Shown: piece after piece, positions 45,115-55,332 of the stretch
Layout of the letters: each line of letters starts with the position of its first letter
Position numbering within the stretch: position 1 is the first letter of the stretch
Virus record (IMG/VR): IMGVR_UViG_3300010885_072825
Location: 1 to 64,000 of that record
DNA length: 64,000 nucleotides
Strand: one strand, 5' to 3'
Origin: a virus
Translations under genes and position numbers: made by a program
Notes under the pieces: model-generated
Databases searched by the model: none
What the model saw: only the letters and a program-made list of their open reading frames with translations
What the model was told of the DNA's origin: nothing

Positions 45115-46134
45115 ATGGAATGCTTGACTCAAAATTTAATACTTCGATATTTGCCACCACATCGACAAAACAGTCGAGGTTGGAGAATATTTAATGCAGT
45201 TTGTTGTCATCACCGTGGACACAATCCTGACGGCCGAAACCGAGGCAATTTACTTTGTGAAGGTAACCTAACAACCTACAACTGTTACAATTGCAATTTC
45301 AGTATTGTATGTGATGAAATTAATCTAACCATGAAGGCACAATCATTGCTGCAATGGTTGGGTATACCTGAAGATGAAATCGCACTTCTAAAACTACAAC
45401 TTTATAAAAATAGAATAGAAGGCGTTGAACGAGTCAAACCCAAAATCGCAGAACCCGCTATTTCATATGCTGAACAAACCGTACCTGAAGATGCTAAATT
45501 GATAAGTTACTGGTTGAACCAGTCTGTTATTCCAGACGATTTGTTGGTAGTATTGGATAACATGTTGAGTGCTCGTGGATCAAGTGTGACCACAGCATAT
45601 GATTATTATTGGACACCGTCTACAAAATGGAACCTGAACCAACGCGTTATAATACCATTTTTCCATCAACAAAAAATCGTTGGTTGGACTGCTCGTTGGT
45701 GTTGGGGACCAGTTCCAGCAGGAGTTCCACGTTATAGAAATAGTGATATTCCTCCAAATTATATTTTCAATTTGGATACCATGGCAAAAAATCGAAAATT
45801 TTGTCTAATACATGAAGGTCCTTTTGATGCAATTGCAACAGAAGGCGTAGCTGTATTAGGAAGCAAATTAAGTTCAGAACAAATATTTGAATTGGAAAAA
45901 GCTGATGCTGAAAAAATTGTAGTACCTGATCGACAACAGAAAAATCAAAACTTAATTGATCAAGCACTGGCATTAGATTGGGCGGTTAGTTTTCCTGATT
46001 GGGAAAACGACGTAAAAGATGCTAGTGATGCAGCCAAAAAATATGGCAGATTATATACACTTAGAAGCATAATATCCAGTAAAACTAATAACAAACTGGA
46101 AATTGGCATCAAAAGGCAAATGTTCACTCAATAA
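45115..46134 (+). CDS. DNA primase (T4 gp61-like)
   Basis: Zinc-binding CC.H...YNCYNC; RVIIPF...VGW.AR; TOPRIM EGPFDA, VPD and KD. Confidence 0.88.
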   Translation: MECLTQNLILRYLPPHRQNSRGWRIFNAVCCHHRGHNPDGRNRGNLLCEGNLTTYNCYNCNFSIVCDEINLTMKAQSLLQWLGIPEDEIALLKLQLYKNRIEGVERVKPKIAEPAISYAEQTVPEDAKLISYWLNQSVIPDDLLVVLDNMLSARGSSVTTAYDYYWTPSTKWNLNQRVIIPFFHQQKIVGWTARWCWGPVPAGVPRYRNSDIPPNYIFNLDTMAKNRKFCLIHEGPFDAIATEGVAVLGSKLSSEQIFELEKADAEKIVVPDRQQKNQNLIDQALALDWAVSFPDWENDVKDASDAAKKYGRLYTLRSIISSKTNNKLEIGIKRQMFTQ

Positions 46135-47540
46135 TGGCAAAGCAAATCGAAACAAGTGTCTCAGAATTTTCTGAAGACAAGCAAAAGTTACTTATTGATG
46201 TGCTTCTTAGCAGTGAAGATATCTATGCTAGGTGTCAGAATATTTTGAGTGACAAGTATTTTGTCAACAAGTTTCGTCCAGCAATTAGGTATATTAAAAA
46301 ATACACAAATGAGTATCGAGTCCTTCCCAAAATACAGCAAGTAAATGCTGAAACCGGCTTGAATTTTGAATTAATCGAAAACATTACCCTACAACACCAA
46401 GATTCGTTCTTAGATGAAATTGAAGAATTTTGCAAAAACCGAGCTATTGCAGATGCAGTATTAACTAGTGCTGGCCTGATTGAAAAAGGGAACTATGGTG
46501 AAGTTGAACGCTTGGTGCGAGAAGCAATCCTGGTAAGCATTAAAAGTGATTTGGGAACTAACTATTTTGAAAACCCCAAAGAAAGGCTTAATGCAATCAA
46601 AAACCGAAATGGGCAAGTATCAACTGGATTAAAATCAATTGATGAAAAATTATATGGTTTGAATCGAGGAGAAATAACTATATTTGCTGGTGCTTCTGGT
46701 ATGGGCAAATCAGTATTTCTACAAAACTTTGCAATCAATATGTTTCAACAGGGTATGAATGTGGTTTATATCAGCCTTGAGTTGAGTGAAGGCCTGACTG
46801 CAATGCGTATTGACAGCATGTTGACTGGATATTCATTAAAAGAAGTTTTTAAGAAGATTGATGATATTGAATTGAAAGTTATACAAGTAGGTCGGAAAAG
46901 TGGCAGTTTGCACATCAAGCAAATGACACAGGGCACCAGAACAAATGATATCAAAGCCTATTTGAAGAATTATGAAATACAAACCCAACAACGTCCAGAT
47001 GTTCTCATAGTAGACTATTTGGATTTGCTATTCCCCAATGATAAAAAAATTGATGTTAGTAATTTGAATATTAAGGACAAATTCGTCACCGAAGAGCTTC
47101 GTGGACTTGGGGTTGAACGCAATATGGTACTGGTGTCCGCTTCACAATTAAACCGGAGCGCGGTTAATGAGCAAGAACATGATCATTCAATGATTGCAGG
47201 CGGTATTAGTAAAATTCAAGCAGCAGACAACGTTATGAGCATCTATGCTAGTGACGCAATGAAAGAACGTGGCCAATACCTAATACAATTTTTAAAAACT
47301 AGAAGTAGCGGTGGTGTTGGTAGCAAAGTATATGTGGGGTTTGATCCCAATACTCTTAGAATCTTTGATATTGATCCAGCTGAATCACAAGCTATTCGAG
47401 AAGGCCCACAATCCACAGCAGACATGTTCAATAGTCTCCGGCGCCAAAATAATAGAATAGCTGATAAAACCGAAGAAGCAACTCCGGTTGAAACCAAGGT
47501 TCGAGACTTGAGTCAAATAAAAAACTTAATCCGGAGATAG
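46134..47540 (+). CDS. DnaB-like replicative helicase (gp41-like)
   Basis: GASGMGKS, ISLELSE, IVDYLDL, ASQLNR and KTR motifs. Confidence 0.93.
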   Translation: MAKQIETSVSEFSEDKQKLLIDVLLSSEDIYARCQNILSDKYFVNKFRPAIRYIKKYTNEYRVLPKIQQVNAETGLNFELIENITLQHQDSFLDEIEEFCKNRAIADAVLTSAGLIEKGNYGEVERLVREAILVSIKSDLGTNYFENPKERLNAIKNRNGQVSTGLKSIDEKLYGLNRGEITIFAGASGMGKSVFLQNFAINMFQQGMNVVYISLELSEGLTAMRIDSMLTGYSLKEVFKKIDDIELKVIQVGRKSGSLHIKQMTQGTRTNDIKAYLKNYEIQTQQRPDVLIVDYLDLLFPNDKKIDVSNLNIKDKFVTEELRGLGVERNMVLVSASQLNRSAVNEQEHDHSMIAGGISKIQAADNVMSIYASDAMKERGQYLIQFLKTRSSGGVGSKVYVGFDPNTLRIFDIDPAESQAIREGPQSTADMFNSLRRQNNRIADKTEEATPVETKVRDLSQIKNLIRR

Positions 47541-47545
47541 TCATT

Positions 47546-47570
47546 AAAAAAGCTGCCTAAGCAGCTTTTT
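47546..47570. terminator. Bidirectional terminator between convergent genes
   Basis: AAAAAAGCTGC-CTAA-GCAGCTTTTT. Confidence 0.85.
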
Positions 47571-47572
47571 CT

Positions 47573-47902
47573 TTATAGTGCAGGTTTAGTTTTTCGTCCC
47601 CGTTTTTTACCAACATTTTTAATTGATCCATCTGCATTCAATTCATATGTATCAATAAATCTATCAGGGCTCATGCCATCAATTTGAATAACTGAATTCC
47701 AATTAATATCTATAATCGCATCAGTTTTTAAATTTCGGCTTTTGAACCAATAATTATTGGCTTTGATTTGTATGGATTGAATATGAAAGTCGTCTGTTTT
47801 AGTAAATGGTCCAGTTTCAGTGTTGACCATATATTTTGCTGTAATTATAGTGTCTGTTTTAAATGCATTTTTTACTAATAGTGATTCTACTACATGAGCC
47901 AT
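47573..47902 (-). CDS. Hypothetical protein
   Basis: IDGM.P.RF...Y...ADG...GKKRGRK C-terminus. Confidence 0.6.
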   Translation of the reverse strand: MAHVVESLLVKNAFKTDTIITAKYMVNTETGPFTKTDDFHIQSIQIKANNYWFKSRNLKTDAIIDINWNSVIQIDGMSPDRFIDTYELNADGSIKNVGKKRGRKTKPAL

Positions 47903-47905
47903 TGA

Positions 47906-50122
47906 TTATTTTCCTTCTTGAAACTCAAACTCTAACTTTTTATTCTGTTCAGTGATAGTAACTCGCCCTCCTGTTTTTAGCCGACCCCAAAGAATTTCCT
48001 TGGCCAGTGGCGTCTTAATATAAGTTTGTATGACTTTTGGCATGGGGCGTGCTCCCATCCGTGGATCAAACCCACGTTCAATTAGCCAGGCTCTAGCTGA
48101 CGCATCAACTGTGACATCAACTGATTTTCCTTGACTTAACTGATTCAATTGACCAATGAATTTATCAAGTATATGATCCATAGTTATTTTTGTCAATGGC
48201 TTAAATTCAACTTGCGCATCAAGTCGATTTCTAAATTCAGGTGTAAAGAATCGGTTGACTGCATCCGAACTCTTGTCTGAATTGTCTGATTCACCAAATC
48301 CAATTCTCATTTTTGCAACTTCTTGTGCTCCAAGATTGGTGGTATAAATCACATAACAATTTCTAAGAGAAACAGTTTCACCATCTGAGCTGGTAATGAC
48401 ACCATAATCCATGGCTTGTAGGAAAATGTTGCTGATGTCCGGATGTGCTTTTTCAATTTCATCAATTAACAAAACTGCATAGGGATACTTTTGTAGCTTG
48501 TTGATCAACATGCCAGATCCTGCTGCACCATCTGAATATCCCACATAACCGGGTGGGCTCCCAATCAATTTAGAAACTGTATGCTTTTCTTGATATTCAC
48601 TCATATCAAAACGAATTAATTCAATTGACAATTGATTGGCAAGTTCTTGGGCAAGCGCTGTCTTACCAGTTCCTGTGGGACCAGTAAACAAAAAAGAACC
48701 CAGTGTTTTTTCCGTTTCTCTGAGACCACTACTAGATATCAATACTGAATCAACTAGTTGATCTACTGCCATGTCTTGTCCAAAAATTTTGGATTTTATT
48801 TTATCATTTAATGTTTTCAGTTGTTCAGTGGGATCGGCTGTTTTTGTAATTTTTATTTTTGCAACTCGTTCGATTTCTTCCTCAATTAAAGTTCGATCAA
48901 TTTGTCGAACACGTTGATTTTTAGGCAACAGTTTTTGTTTTGCACCAACTGAATCTATTAAATCAATAGCTTTATCTGGTAAGAAACGATCAATGATGTA
49001 TCGACTACTTAGTTCAACTGCTGCGACCAATGCATCAGGAGTGTATTTTACTGAATGGAATTTTTCATAGTGTTTTGAAATTCCCATCAAAATAGCAATA
49101 GCATCAGTTTGACTGGGTTCCAGCACGTCTATTTTTTGAAAACGGCGCACCAATGCACGATCTTTTGCAAAATGTCTCTTGTATTCTTCTTGTGTGGTAC
49201 TACCAATTGTTTTAATTTCACCACGTCCCAAAGCTGGCTTCAAAATATTTGCAGCATCCATTGCTCCACCAGACGTACCAACCGCACCAGCTCCCATGAT
49301 CATATGAATTTCATCAATAAACAAAATTAATTTGGGATCAGCTGCAAAAATACCAATAAGCTGTTTTAGTCGTTCTTCAAAATCACCACGAAATTTGGTT
49401 CCAGCCAACATACTAGATAAATCCAAACTGTAGATAGTGTGATTTTTCAAGCAATCTGGCACTTGATCTCGCACGATCTTGGCTGCAAGTCCTTCAACTA
49501 TCACGGTTTTACCAACGCCTGGATCCCCGGCCATAATCACATTGTTTTTATTTTTTCGAGTCAGGACCTGGCAAATAGCAGAGATTTCAGTTTCTCGACC
49601 AATAACAGTGTCGATTTTATTAGCTTTTGCTTGTTCATTTAAATTGATACACCATTGATTTAAAATATCACGCGGTGATTGCCGATTCCTTGCACTGCCA
49701 AGATTTGCCAAATAATTGAATAGCTGTTGTAGATCTGGTCCAAACTCTTCAATGAAATAAGAAGCATGACTTTCTTCAATACCATATAGTGCAATAAACA
49801 TGTCAATATCAGTTGGATCAGATTTGCCATTTATCATGGCCTGTGCTTTGGCTTTTTTCAAAACATTGGCAACGCTTGGTGTATGCCGTGGATTGTAGGG
49901 TTCTGCGGCTGACATAATTTCGTGATTATTGGTATTATCTAGATAATGCAGCGTGTATTCAATCAGTGAGTCAAAATCACCATCTGTCAGTTCAATCATT
50001 TTTTGAATTGCTTCACTTTCAAGTAGTGAAGCTAAGACGTGCTCCAAAGTCACCAGTTCATGATAGCGTTGACTGGCCAGTTGATAACTTCTGATCAGTA
50101 CTTCTTGTATGGTCTTATTCAT
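47906..50122 (-). CDS. clpA: ATP-dependent Clp protease ATPase subunit ClpA
   Basis: Clp-N domain; [27 protein letters not shown]; second AAA domain [29 protein letters not shown]; IGF loop; no ClpB coiled coil. Confidence 0.92.
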   Translation of the reverse strand: MNKTIQEVLIRSYQLASQRYHELVTLEHVLASLLESEAIQKMIELTDGDFDSLIEYTLHYLDNTNNHEIMSAAEPYNPRHTPSVANVLKKAKAQAMINGKSDPTDIDMFIALYGIEESHASYFIEEFGPDLQQLFNYLANLGSARNRQSPRDILNQWCINLNEQAKANKIDTVIGRETEISAICQVLTRKNKNNVIMAGDPGVGKTVIVEGLAAKIVRDQVPDCLKNHTIYSLDLSSMLAGTKFRGDFEERLKQLIGIFAADPKLILFIDEIHMIMGAGAVGTSGGAMDAANILKPALGRGEIKTIGSTTQEEYKRHFAKDRALVRRFQKIDVLEPSQTDAIAILMGISKHYEKFHSVKYTPDALVAAVELSSRYIIDRFLPDKAIDLIDSVGAKQKLLPKNQRVRQIDRTLIEEEIERVAKIKITKTADPTEQLKTLNDKIKSKIFGQDMAVDQLVDSVLISSSGLRETEKTLGSFLFTGPTGTGKTALAQELANQLSIELIRFDMSEYQEKHTVSKLIGSPPGYVGYSDGAAGSGMLINKLQKYPYAVLLIDEIEKAHPDISNIFLQAMDYGVITSSDGETVSLRNCYVIYTTNLGAQEVAKMRIGFGESDNSDKSSDAVNRFFTPEFRNRLDAQVEFKPLTKITMDHILDKFIGQLNQLSQGKSVDVTVDASARAWLIERGFDPRMGARPMPKVIQTYIKTPLAKEILWGRLKTGGRVTITEQNKKLEFEFQEGK

Positions 50123-50616
50123 TAAAATTCCTTCTTCATCATTCGTTTGATGGCCATTTCAGCTTTGAGATTCGATACTCTATCTACCATACAAATCCCT
50201 TGTAAATGATCAAATTCATGCAGAAATATTCTACTCAACATTTCAGACAACTGAGATTGTCGTATTTCTCCTGTTCGATCTAGCCATTTGGCTTCAATCA
50301 GATGTGGACGGGTGATTTCCAATTCCATGTTGGGCAAGCTCAAACAGCCTTCTGCATAAACGCTGTATTCTTCACTCACACCAACAATTTCAGGATTAAT
50401 GAAAACGATGTAATTGGTATCATCAGGATCACCAGCTATAAAAAACGATTTGTTTATTCCCACCTGTGGTGCTGCTAGACCAACCCCACCAAACATTTGC
50501 ATTATTTGATGCATTTCATCAAACGTGGCTTGTAATTCAGCAATTTCAGTGTCTTCCACTGGCAATGTTGGTTGAGTTAGTATTGGGTCCCAGGGTTTGA
50601 CTAATTCCAGTGTCAT
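50122..50616 (-). CDS. def: Peptide deformylase
   Basis: GVGLAAPQVG, EGCLS and HEFDHLQG motifs. Confidence 0.95.
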   Translation of the reverse strand: MTLELVKPWDPILTQPTLPVEDTEIAELQATFDEMHQIMQMFGGVGLAAPQVGINKSFFIAGDPDDTNYIVFINPEIVGVSEEYSVYAEGCLSLPNMELEITRPHLIEAKWLDRTGEIRQSQLSEMLSRIFLHEFDHLQGICMVDRVSNLKAEMAIKRMMKKEF

Positions 50617-51503
50617 GCATAGTTCCTGTTTATTGTCATTATTGATAGTAATTGTTTAGCAAGTTCTTGTTGTTCTTCAGTTAGATGTTTAACATTGGTA
50701 ATTTTAATGACCACTATCAAATCACCCATCAGTGTTTCATTGTGTCTGATGGGCATTCCTTTACCGCGTACCTTTAGATGATCATTTGCATTAATGCCAG
50801 CTGGGATCTTCAAATTAATAGTTGTTTTGTCCAAGCAGGCGAGTGTTACTTCATCTCCCACCAATGCTTGAATTGAATTAATGGTTATTTCTTTGAACAG
50901 GATTGATCGTTCGCGATGATACCCCTGCATATCACTAATGACAATTCTTACATATAGATCGCCCGGGGGTAAATTTGTGTGGGTCGTATCACCATGTCCC
51001 GCATATCTTATTTGTTCTCCGCTTTCAATACCAGATGGTACTCGTACTGTTAATTTTGTAGTTTGTCCCGAGGGCCTATCAAATGATATGTCCACAGATT
51101 TGCCTGTCAATGCATCTGACAAACTGATGTTTAATGTAAAGACCAGGTCTTGATTCTTGGGTGGAGGAGGTTTGAAACCAAAAAAGCTATCGAATTGATT
51201 TCCAAATGCACCACTTCCCATAAATTCTCGCAAAATATCTTCAGGGGTAACATGTGATTGGAATCCGCCGCCGAAATTGGAGAAGCCACCCCCTGCTCCA
51301 CCATACTTTAGCTGCTGGTCATACTGCGCTTTTTTCTGAGTATCTCCCAATATGTCATAGGCTTCTGCAACAGCTTTGAATTTGTCTTCAGTGTCTTTGT
51401 TGACATCCGGATGATATTTTTTTGCTAACTTTCGATAGCTGGATTTGATTTCTTCTGCGGTGGCTGTTTCAGAAAGCCCCAGTGTTTGATAGTGATTTGT
51501 CAT
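50613..51503 (-). CDS. DnaJ-class (CbpA-like) chaperone
   Basis: J-domain with HPD, G/F-rich region and C-terminal DnaJ domains; no zinc finger. Confidence 0.93.
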   Translation of the reverse strand: MTNHYQTLGLSETATAEEIKSSYRKLAKKYHPDVNKDTEDKFKAVAEAYDILGDTQKKAQYDQQLKYGGAGGGFSNFGGGFQSHVTPEDILREFMGSGAFGNQFDSFFGFKPPPPKNQDLVFTLNISLSDALTGKSVDISFDRPSGQTTKLTVRVPSGIESGEQIRYAGHGDTTHTNLPPGDLYVRIVISDMQGYHRERSILFKEITINSIQALVGDEVTLACLDKTTINLKIPAGINANDHLKVRGKGMPIRHNETLMGDLIVVIKITNVKHLTEEQQELAKQLLSIMTINRNYA

Positions 51504-51534
51504 GTTTTAAATATTGTGAAACTAGTTCAAAAAG

Positions 51535-52413
51535 TCAAGATCTTTTATATTCATAGCCATATTCTTCACGCATGAAATCAATTACCTTGGGTGTAGGATT
51601 TGCTATTTCATTTATCAAACTTGCATCTTCTGAAACTGCATAAAGTTGAACATCTTCAATGGGATTAGTCATGTGCCTAATTGAATAAGCATTTTGTTTG
51701 ATAGCCGCCCACTGAAGCATCGGTAATTGATTTTCTACAAAACGAATCGAATTGCCATTTAATTGTACTGCTGCCAATTGAACTCGTAAGCTTGGATTTA
51801 CAATGTATTCCAATTCATAGGGATCTTCAGTCAATGCAGCAATGACTACCTTTTCACTAGGATTTTCCAACTGCCGTATTCTAGTACTCCAAGAACCACC
51901 GTCTAGAATCCATTCAATTTGCTGTTCTTCACTCCATGTATTTGGATCCCCTGCAACATATGATTCAGTTATTTGATTTTCAAGTTTTTTCAAATATTCC
52001 CGCCTATCCTGATCCAAAAAACTTTTATATTTTTTCAACAACGTAATATCAATACTATCAATTGGCCCAACCAAATTGATTAATATTGGCATTTTTTCAA
52101 AAGCAACTGTTTGAATCATAGGAGCTGGGGCGTATATTTGACAAATTGCTACTGCATTGGCTTGTACTGCGACTAGCTGTACTTTCAAATTTGGTGACTT
52201 GATATATTTCAATGCTTGGTAATCGCTTTTCACAGCAATCAATTGCGCTTCTATTGCAGGATCATCAATATATTGAATAGAGGTGGGCATTGATTCAACA
52301 GCGGCGATTTGAACTTTTAAGCTTGGTCGAGTGATAAATCTAATTACACTACCATCATATGATGAAATACGCTCTAGTTGTTCTAGCTCACTTAAATAAT
52401 CCAAAGCTCTCAT
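51535..52413 (-). CDS. DUF4116-like repeat protein, paralog of 2842..5115
   Basis: PSL.VQLAAV repeats; DPNTWSEEQQI module after ITES. Confidence 0.7.
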   Translation of the reverse strand: MRALDYLSELEQLERISSYDGSVIRFITRPSLKVQIAAVESMPTSIQYIDDPAIEAQLIAVKSDYQALKYIKSPNLKVQLVAVQANAVAICQIYAPAPMIQTVAFEKMPILINLVGPIDSIDITLLKKYKSFLDQDRREYLKKLENQITESYVAGDPNTWSEEQQIEWILDGGSWSTRIRQLENPSEKVVIAALTEDPYELEYIVNPSLRVQLAAVQLNGNSIRFVENQLPMLQWAAIKQNAYSIRHMTNPIEDVQLYAVSEDASLINEIANPTPKVIDFMREEYGYEYKRS

Positions 52414-52494
52414 CAACTATTTATAGAATTCAATATTGAAAAACAAACTTCAAATAAAACAAACTATATTGACAACAATTGGAGACACTTTTTA

Positions 52495-53235
52495 ATGGAA
52501 CTAACTCAAACACAAGTAGATTTTCTAAGAACTACTCGACTACATTTTGCCATCCCCTGTTATGGTGGGCAGGTTTTTGAACCCTGCATGCTAAGTATGC
52601 TAAAATTTATGGCAACCGCAAATAGACTGGGGATGAATTTTACACTGGATACCATTTCCAACGAATCACTAGTACCACGTGCAAGAAATAGTTTGCAGGC
52701 CAAGTTCCTACAATTTGGAAGTGACCAAACTCCACCCATGCTAAGTACACACCTTATGTTTGTGGATTCTGATATCAGCTTTGAACCCGAAGAAGTAATC
52801 AAATTAATTTTGGCAAATAAAGATATTATCGGCGGTCTCTATCCCAAGAAATCATTGCCCATCAGTTACGTCGTTAACAAAGTACCAAATGCTCGTTCAG
52901 AAGGCAATTTGGTCCAAGTCCGAAACTTGGGCACGGGGTTTATGATGGTTAAACGTCATGTGATTGAAGCAATGATCAAACACTATCCGGAAACATTTTA
53001 TCAAGATGCTATTGGCCTTGATCCCAAGTATGATCCATTTAAATTCGCACTGTTTGATACATTGATTGATCCTGACACCAAAGAATATTTGTCAGAAGAT
53101 TATACATTCTGTAAACGTTGGACTGATATGGGCGGAGATATTTGGGCTGACTTGTCTATCAACTTGACTCACAATGGATTCTATTCATTCCGTGGCGATC
53201 CCGCATTGTTGATGTCTGGTTTAACTGAATCATAA
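52495..53235 (+). CDS. GT-A fold glycosyltransferase-like protein
   Basis: AIPCYGG, ESLVPRARN, HLMFVDSDI, GTGFMMVKR and YLSEDY.FC motifs. Confidence 0.8.
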   Translation: MELTQTQVDFLRTTRLHFAIPCYGGQVFEPCMLSMLKFMATANRLGMNFTLDTISNESLVPRARNSLQAKFLQFGSDQTPPMLSTHLMFVDSDISFEPEEVIKLILANKDIIGGLYPKKSLPISYVVNKVPNARSEGNLVQVRNLGTGFMMVKRHVIEAMIKHYPETFYQDAIGLDPKYDPFKFALFDTLIDPDTKEYLSEDYTFCKRWTDMGGDIWADLSINLTHNGFYSFRGDPALLMSGLTES

Positions 53236-53242
53236 AAACCAG

Positions 53243-53270
53243 TTGACATCAAACCTGATACTGCTAATAT
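53243..53270 (+). promoter_or_regulatory. sigma70-type promoter
   Basis: TTGACA-N16-TAATAT with TGn extension. Confidence 0.55.
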
Positions 53271-53276
53271 ATGGAT

Positions 53277-53373
53277 AACGGAAGCATTTGGCGATTTGGA
53301 GTTGAACTACTGACATGTTCAACAACTGCGGTCAGGCAGTCCAATAGAGTTCGATTCTCTAGCTTCTGTTCAA
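53277..53373 (+). ncRNA. tRNA-like RNA
   Basis: AACGGAAGC/GCTTCTGTT stem stacked on TAGAG-TTCGATT-CTCTA T-arm; inner hairpins GTTGAAC-TACTGACAT-GTTCAAC and ACTGC-GGTCAG-GCAGT. Confidence 0.6.
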
Positions 53374-53495
53374 AATTGGTGACACACGGCCCTCAGATCT
53401 CGCCGTCTGATGTTTAGAATCGGTAGCTCAAGCTTTGAACTTGTTGGTGCTGATGCGACAGTGGTTTAAATGGAGAGATGAAAAGCTCCCCAGCC

Positions 53496-53978
53496 TTAGA
53501 ATTTGGTGACAACAAATATCAATAGACTGCCCCAAACAAATCCACGAGACAATTCTACTAGAGTGTTAGCCCATGTCTTATTAGGGTAGTATGTTACCAT
53601 GTAATTCAACCAAATTGCCAAACCGGTAGTAATTAAAGCAAACACAATGCCAGCTGCCAGCGTTTGAATCAAACTGACTGATACAAACACAGCAATCACC
53701 AAACTTGCTAATATCAAACAGTGTCGGAAAAAAGTTCCTACAATCTGTTTACTATTATTTGGAGTCATCGTACCACCAAACAATGACCAACCTGTGGATC
53801 GCCAGACGATCCATCCCAAACTAATCAATCCAACTGGCCAACCTGCTATCAAAACAGATAATATCACTAATGGCAAAAACGCCCAATATATGGGTCTACC
53901 ACGGAAACTAGATTTCCACCCCAGGCCACCACCACACCATCGATCAGCTAACATAAAAATTATTGGTAATGCAAACAT
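53496..53978 (-). CDS. Multi-pass membrane protein
   Basis: About five hydrophobic segments. Confidence 0.65.
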   Translation of the reverse strand: MFALPIIFMLADRWCGGGLGWKSSFRGRPIYWAFLPLVILSVLIAGWPVGLISLGWIVWRSTGWSLFGGTMTPNNSKQIVGTFFRHCLILASLVIAVFVSVSLIQTLAAGIVFALITTGLAIWLNYMVTYYPNKTWANTLVELSRGFVWGSLLIFVVTKF

Positions 53979-53987
53979 GAATGGTCC

Positions 53988-55112
53988 TTAGAAAAATATG
54001 CTGATTCGAACTTTGGCGCCAATAACAGTACCCGTATTGGAAGGGGTTAATCCAGTAACGACAAAGGTATTTGGTTGACTGATATCATATGCAATGAAAC
54101 ATGAATTTGATTCTGAAATACCAGTCCAACGTGTGGAATTGATAGCTTGCTGTCCCCACAAGAACATGCCTTGTGGCAAACCCAATCCAGTATAAGTGAC
54201 CGTCACAGTACTTCCAGATACAACCGTTTGCCAACCTGAAGGCACCCCAGTAACAGAATTGATTGTACCATCCATATTATAAACAACCGTAAAATTATAT
54301 ATAGTGTTTAGTCCCTGTGGACCAGTAGCTCCAGTTGAGCCTTGTATTCCTGTTGGACCAGTCAACCCCATGGGCCCTGTTATCTGTGAAGCTGCTCCGA
54401 CTGGTCCAGTTGGTCCTGTGGGACCTCCATTAGGACCAGTTGGTCCTGTTACAGTTGATTGTGCACCAGTTACTCCAGTAGGTCCAGTTGAGCCTTGTAT
54501 TCCTGTTGGACCAGTTACGGTCGACGCTGCACCAGTAGAACCTGTTACTCCGGTAGGTCCAGTTGATCCAACAATACCAGTTGGACCAGTCGGTCCATCG
54601 GGACCCATGCTTGGCCCAGTTGGTCCTGTTATTTGAAGGCCGCCTCCAAGTGAGGTGAACCCACCTGCAACCCCACCAACTGTACCATAATTCAATAATA
54701 TCTGAGTAATAGATCCTATATAAGCAGGATCCAGTGGTTGATTGCTCAAATAAGATCGATCTATGCGGGCGCGTACCCAGATAAAATTTCCAGAAAAACT
54801 ATAAGTGGCAATGCCCGTATCACCCAAATCTCCACTAGTGGGATTTGCAGGATCTTTGGGAAATTGTTGATAGGGCAACAAATCCAATGTTAAAGGGATT
54901 GGAAACCAATCAGCCGCTTGTGGATCAGTTGCAAGTGATCCGTCAATATACAACCGACCTACGAAGTTGGCCAAATAGGCGCTTATTGTGTGATTGTTGC
55001 CAACTGTATTTGTGTAACCAGCTCCGGGTGTTTTTGGACCAGTCACATTTACGGGAGTCGGTGATCCAGAAGGATTGGTAGTCGTACTACTTAAAAGAAT
55101 GACACTGTGCAT
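53988..55112 (-). CDS. Collagen-like (Gly-Pro-Thr) repeat virion protein
   Basis: Central GPT/GxT repeats at about 54315-54630 between globular domains. Confidence 0.85.
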   Translation of the reverse strand: MHSVILLSSTTTNPSGSPTPVNVTGPKTPGAGYTNTVGNNHTISAYLANFVGRLYIDGSLATDPQAADWFPIPLTLDLLPYQQFPKDPANPTSGDLGDTGIATYSFSGNFIWVRARIDRSYLSNQPLDPAYIGSITQILLNYGTVGGVAGGFTSLGGGLQITGPTGPSMGPDGPTGPTGIVGSTGPTGVTGSTGAASTVTGPTGIQGSTGPTGVTGAQSTVTGPTGPNGGPTGPTGPVGAASQITGPMGLTGPTGIQGSTGATGPQGLNTIYNFTVVYNMDGTINSVTGVPSGWQTVVSGSTVTVTYTGLGLPQGMFLWGQQAINSTRWTGISESNSCFIAYDISQPNTFVVTGLTPSNTGTVIGAKVRISIFF

Positions 55113-55115
55113 TCT

Positions 55116-55301
55116 TTATTTATTTGTTTCGACAATCTCTACAACTATTGCTGGATCACCAATCATTTCTTGAATTATTTCGTCCAGCGTTTCTTTGAGT
55201 ATAGCAATTTTATCTTCTGAAAGAACTGCTTCCCTATCACCATTTTTAGATAACTTGTGAAAGTTGAGTTCCAGAGTCTGAGTTTTAATTTCTATTGACA
55301 T
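55116..55301 (-). CDS. Small conserved phage protein
   Basis: KL.K......L....L..II.E.....VVE pattern. Confidence 0.55.
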   Translation of the reverse strand: MSIEIKTQTLELNFHKLSKNGDREAVLSEDKIAILKETLDEIIQEMIGDPAIVVEIVETNK

Positions 55302-55332
55302 AAAGAGCCTTTTTGATTATGTACAGCTATAT

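Noticed and set aside
53277-53373. tRNA-Sec call based on the long acceptor stem and variable arm
   Set aside because: No UCA anticodon in a 7-nt loop, no extended D-stem and no CCA end.
54304-54636. Pro/Val/Gly-repeat + strand ORF
   Set aside because: Antisense reading of the collagen-like repeats.
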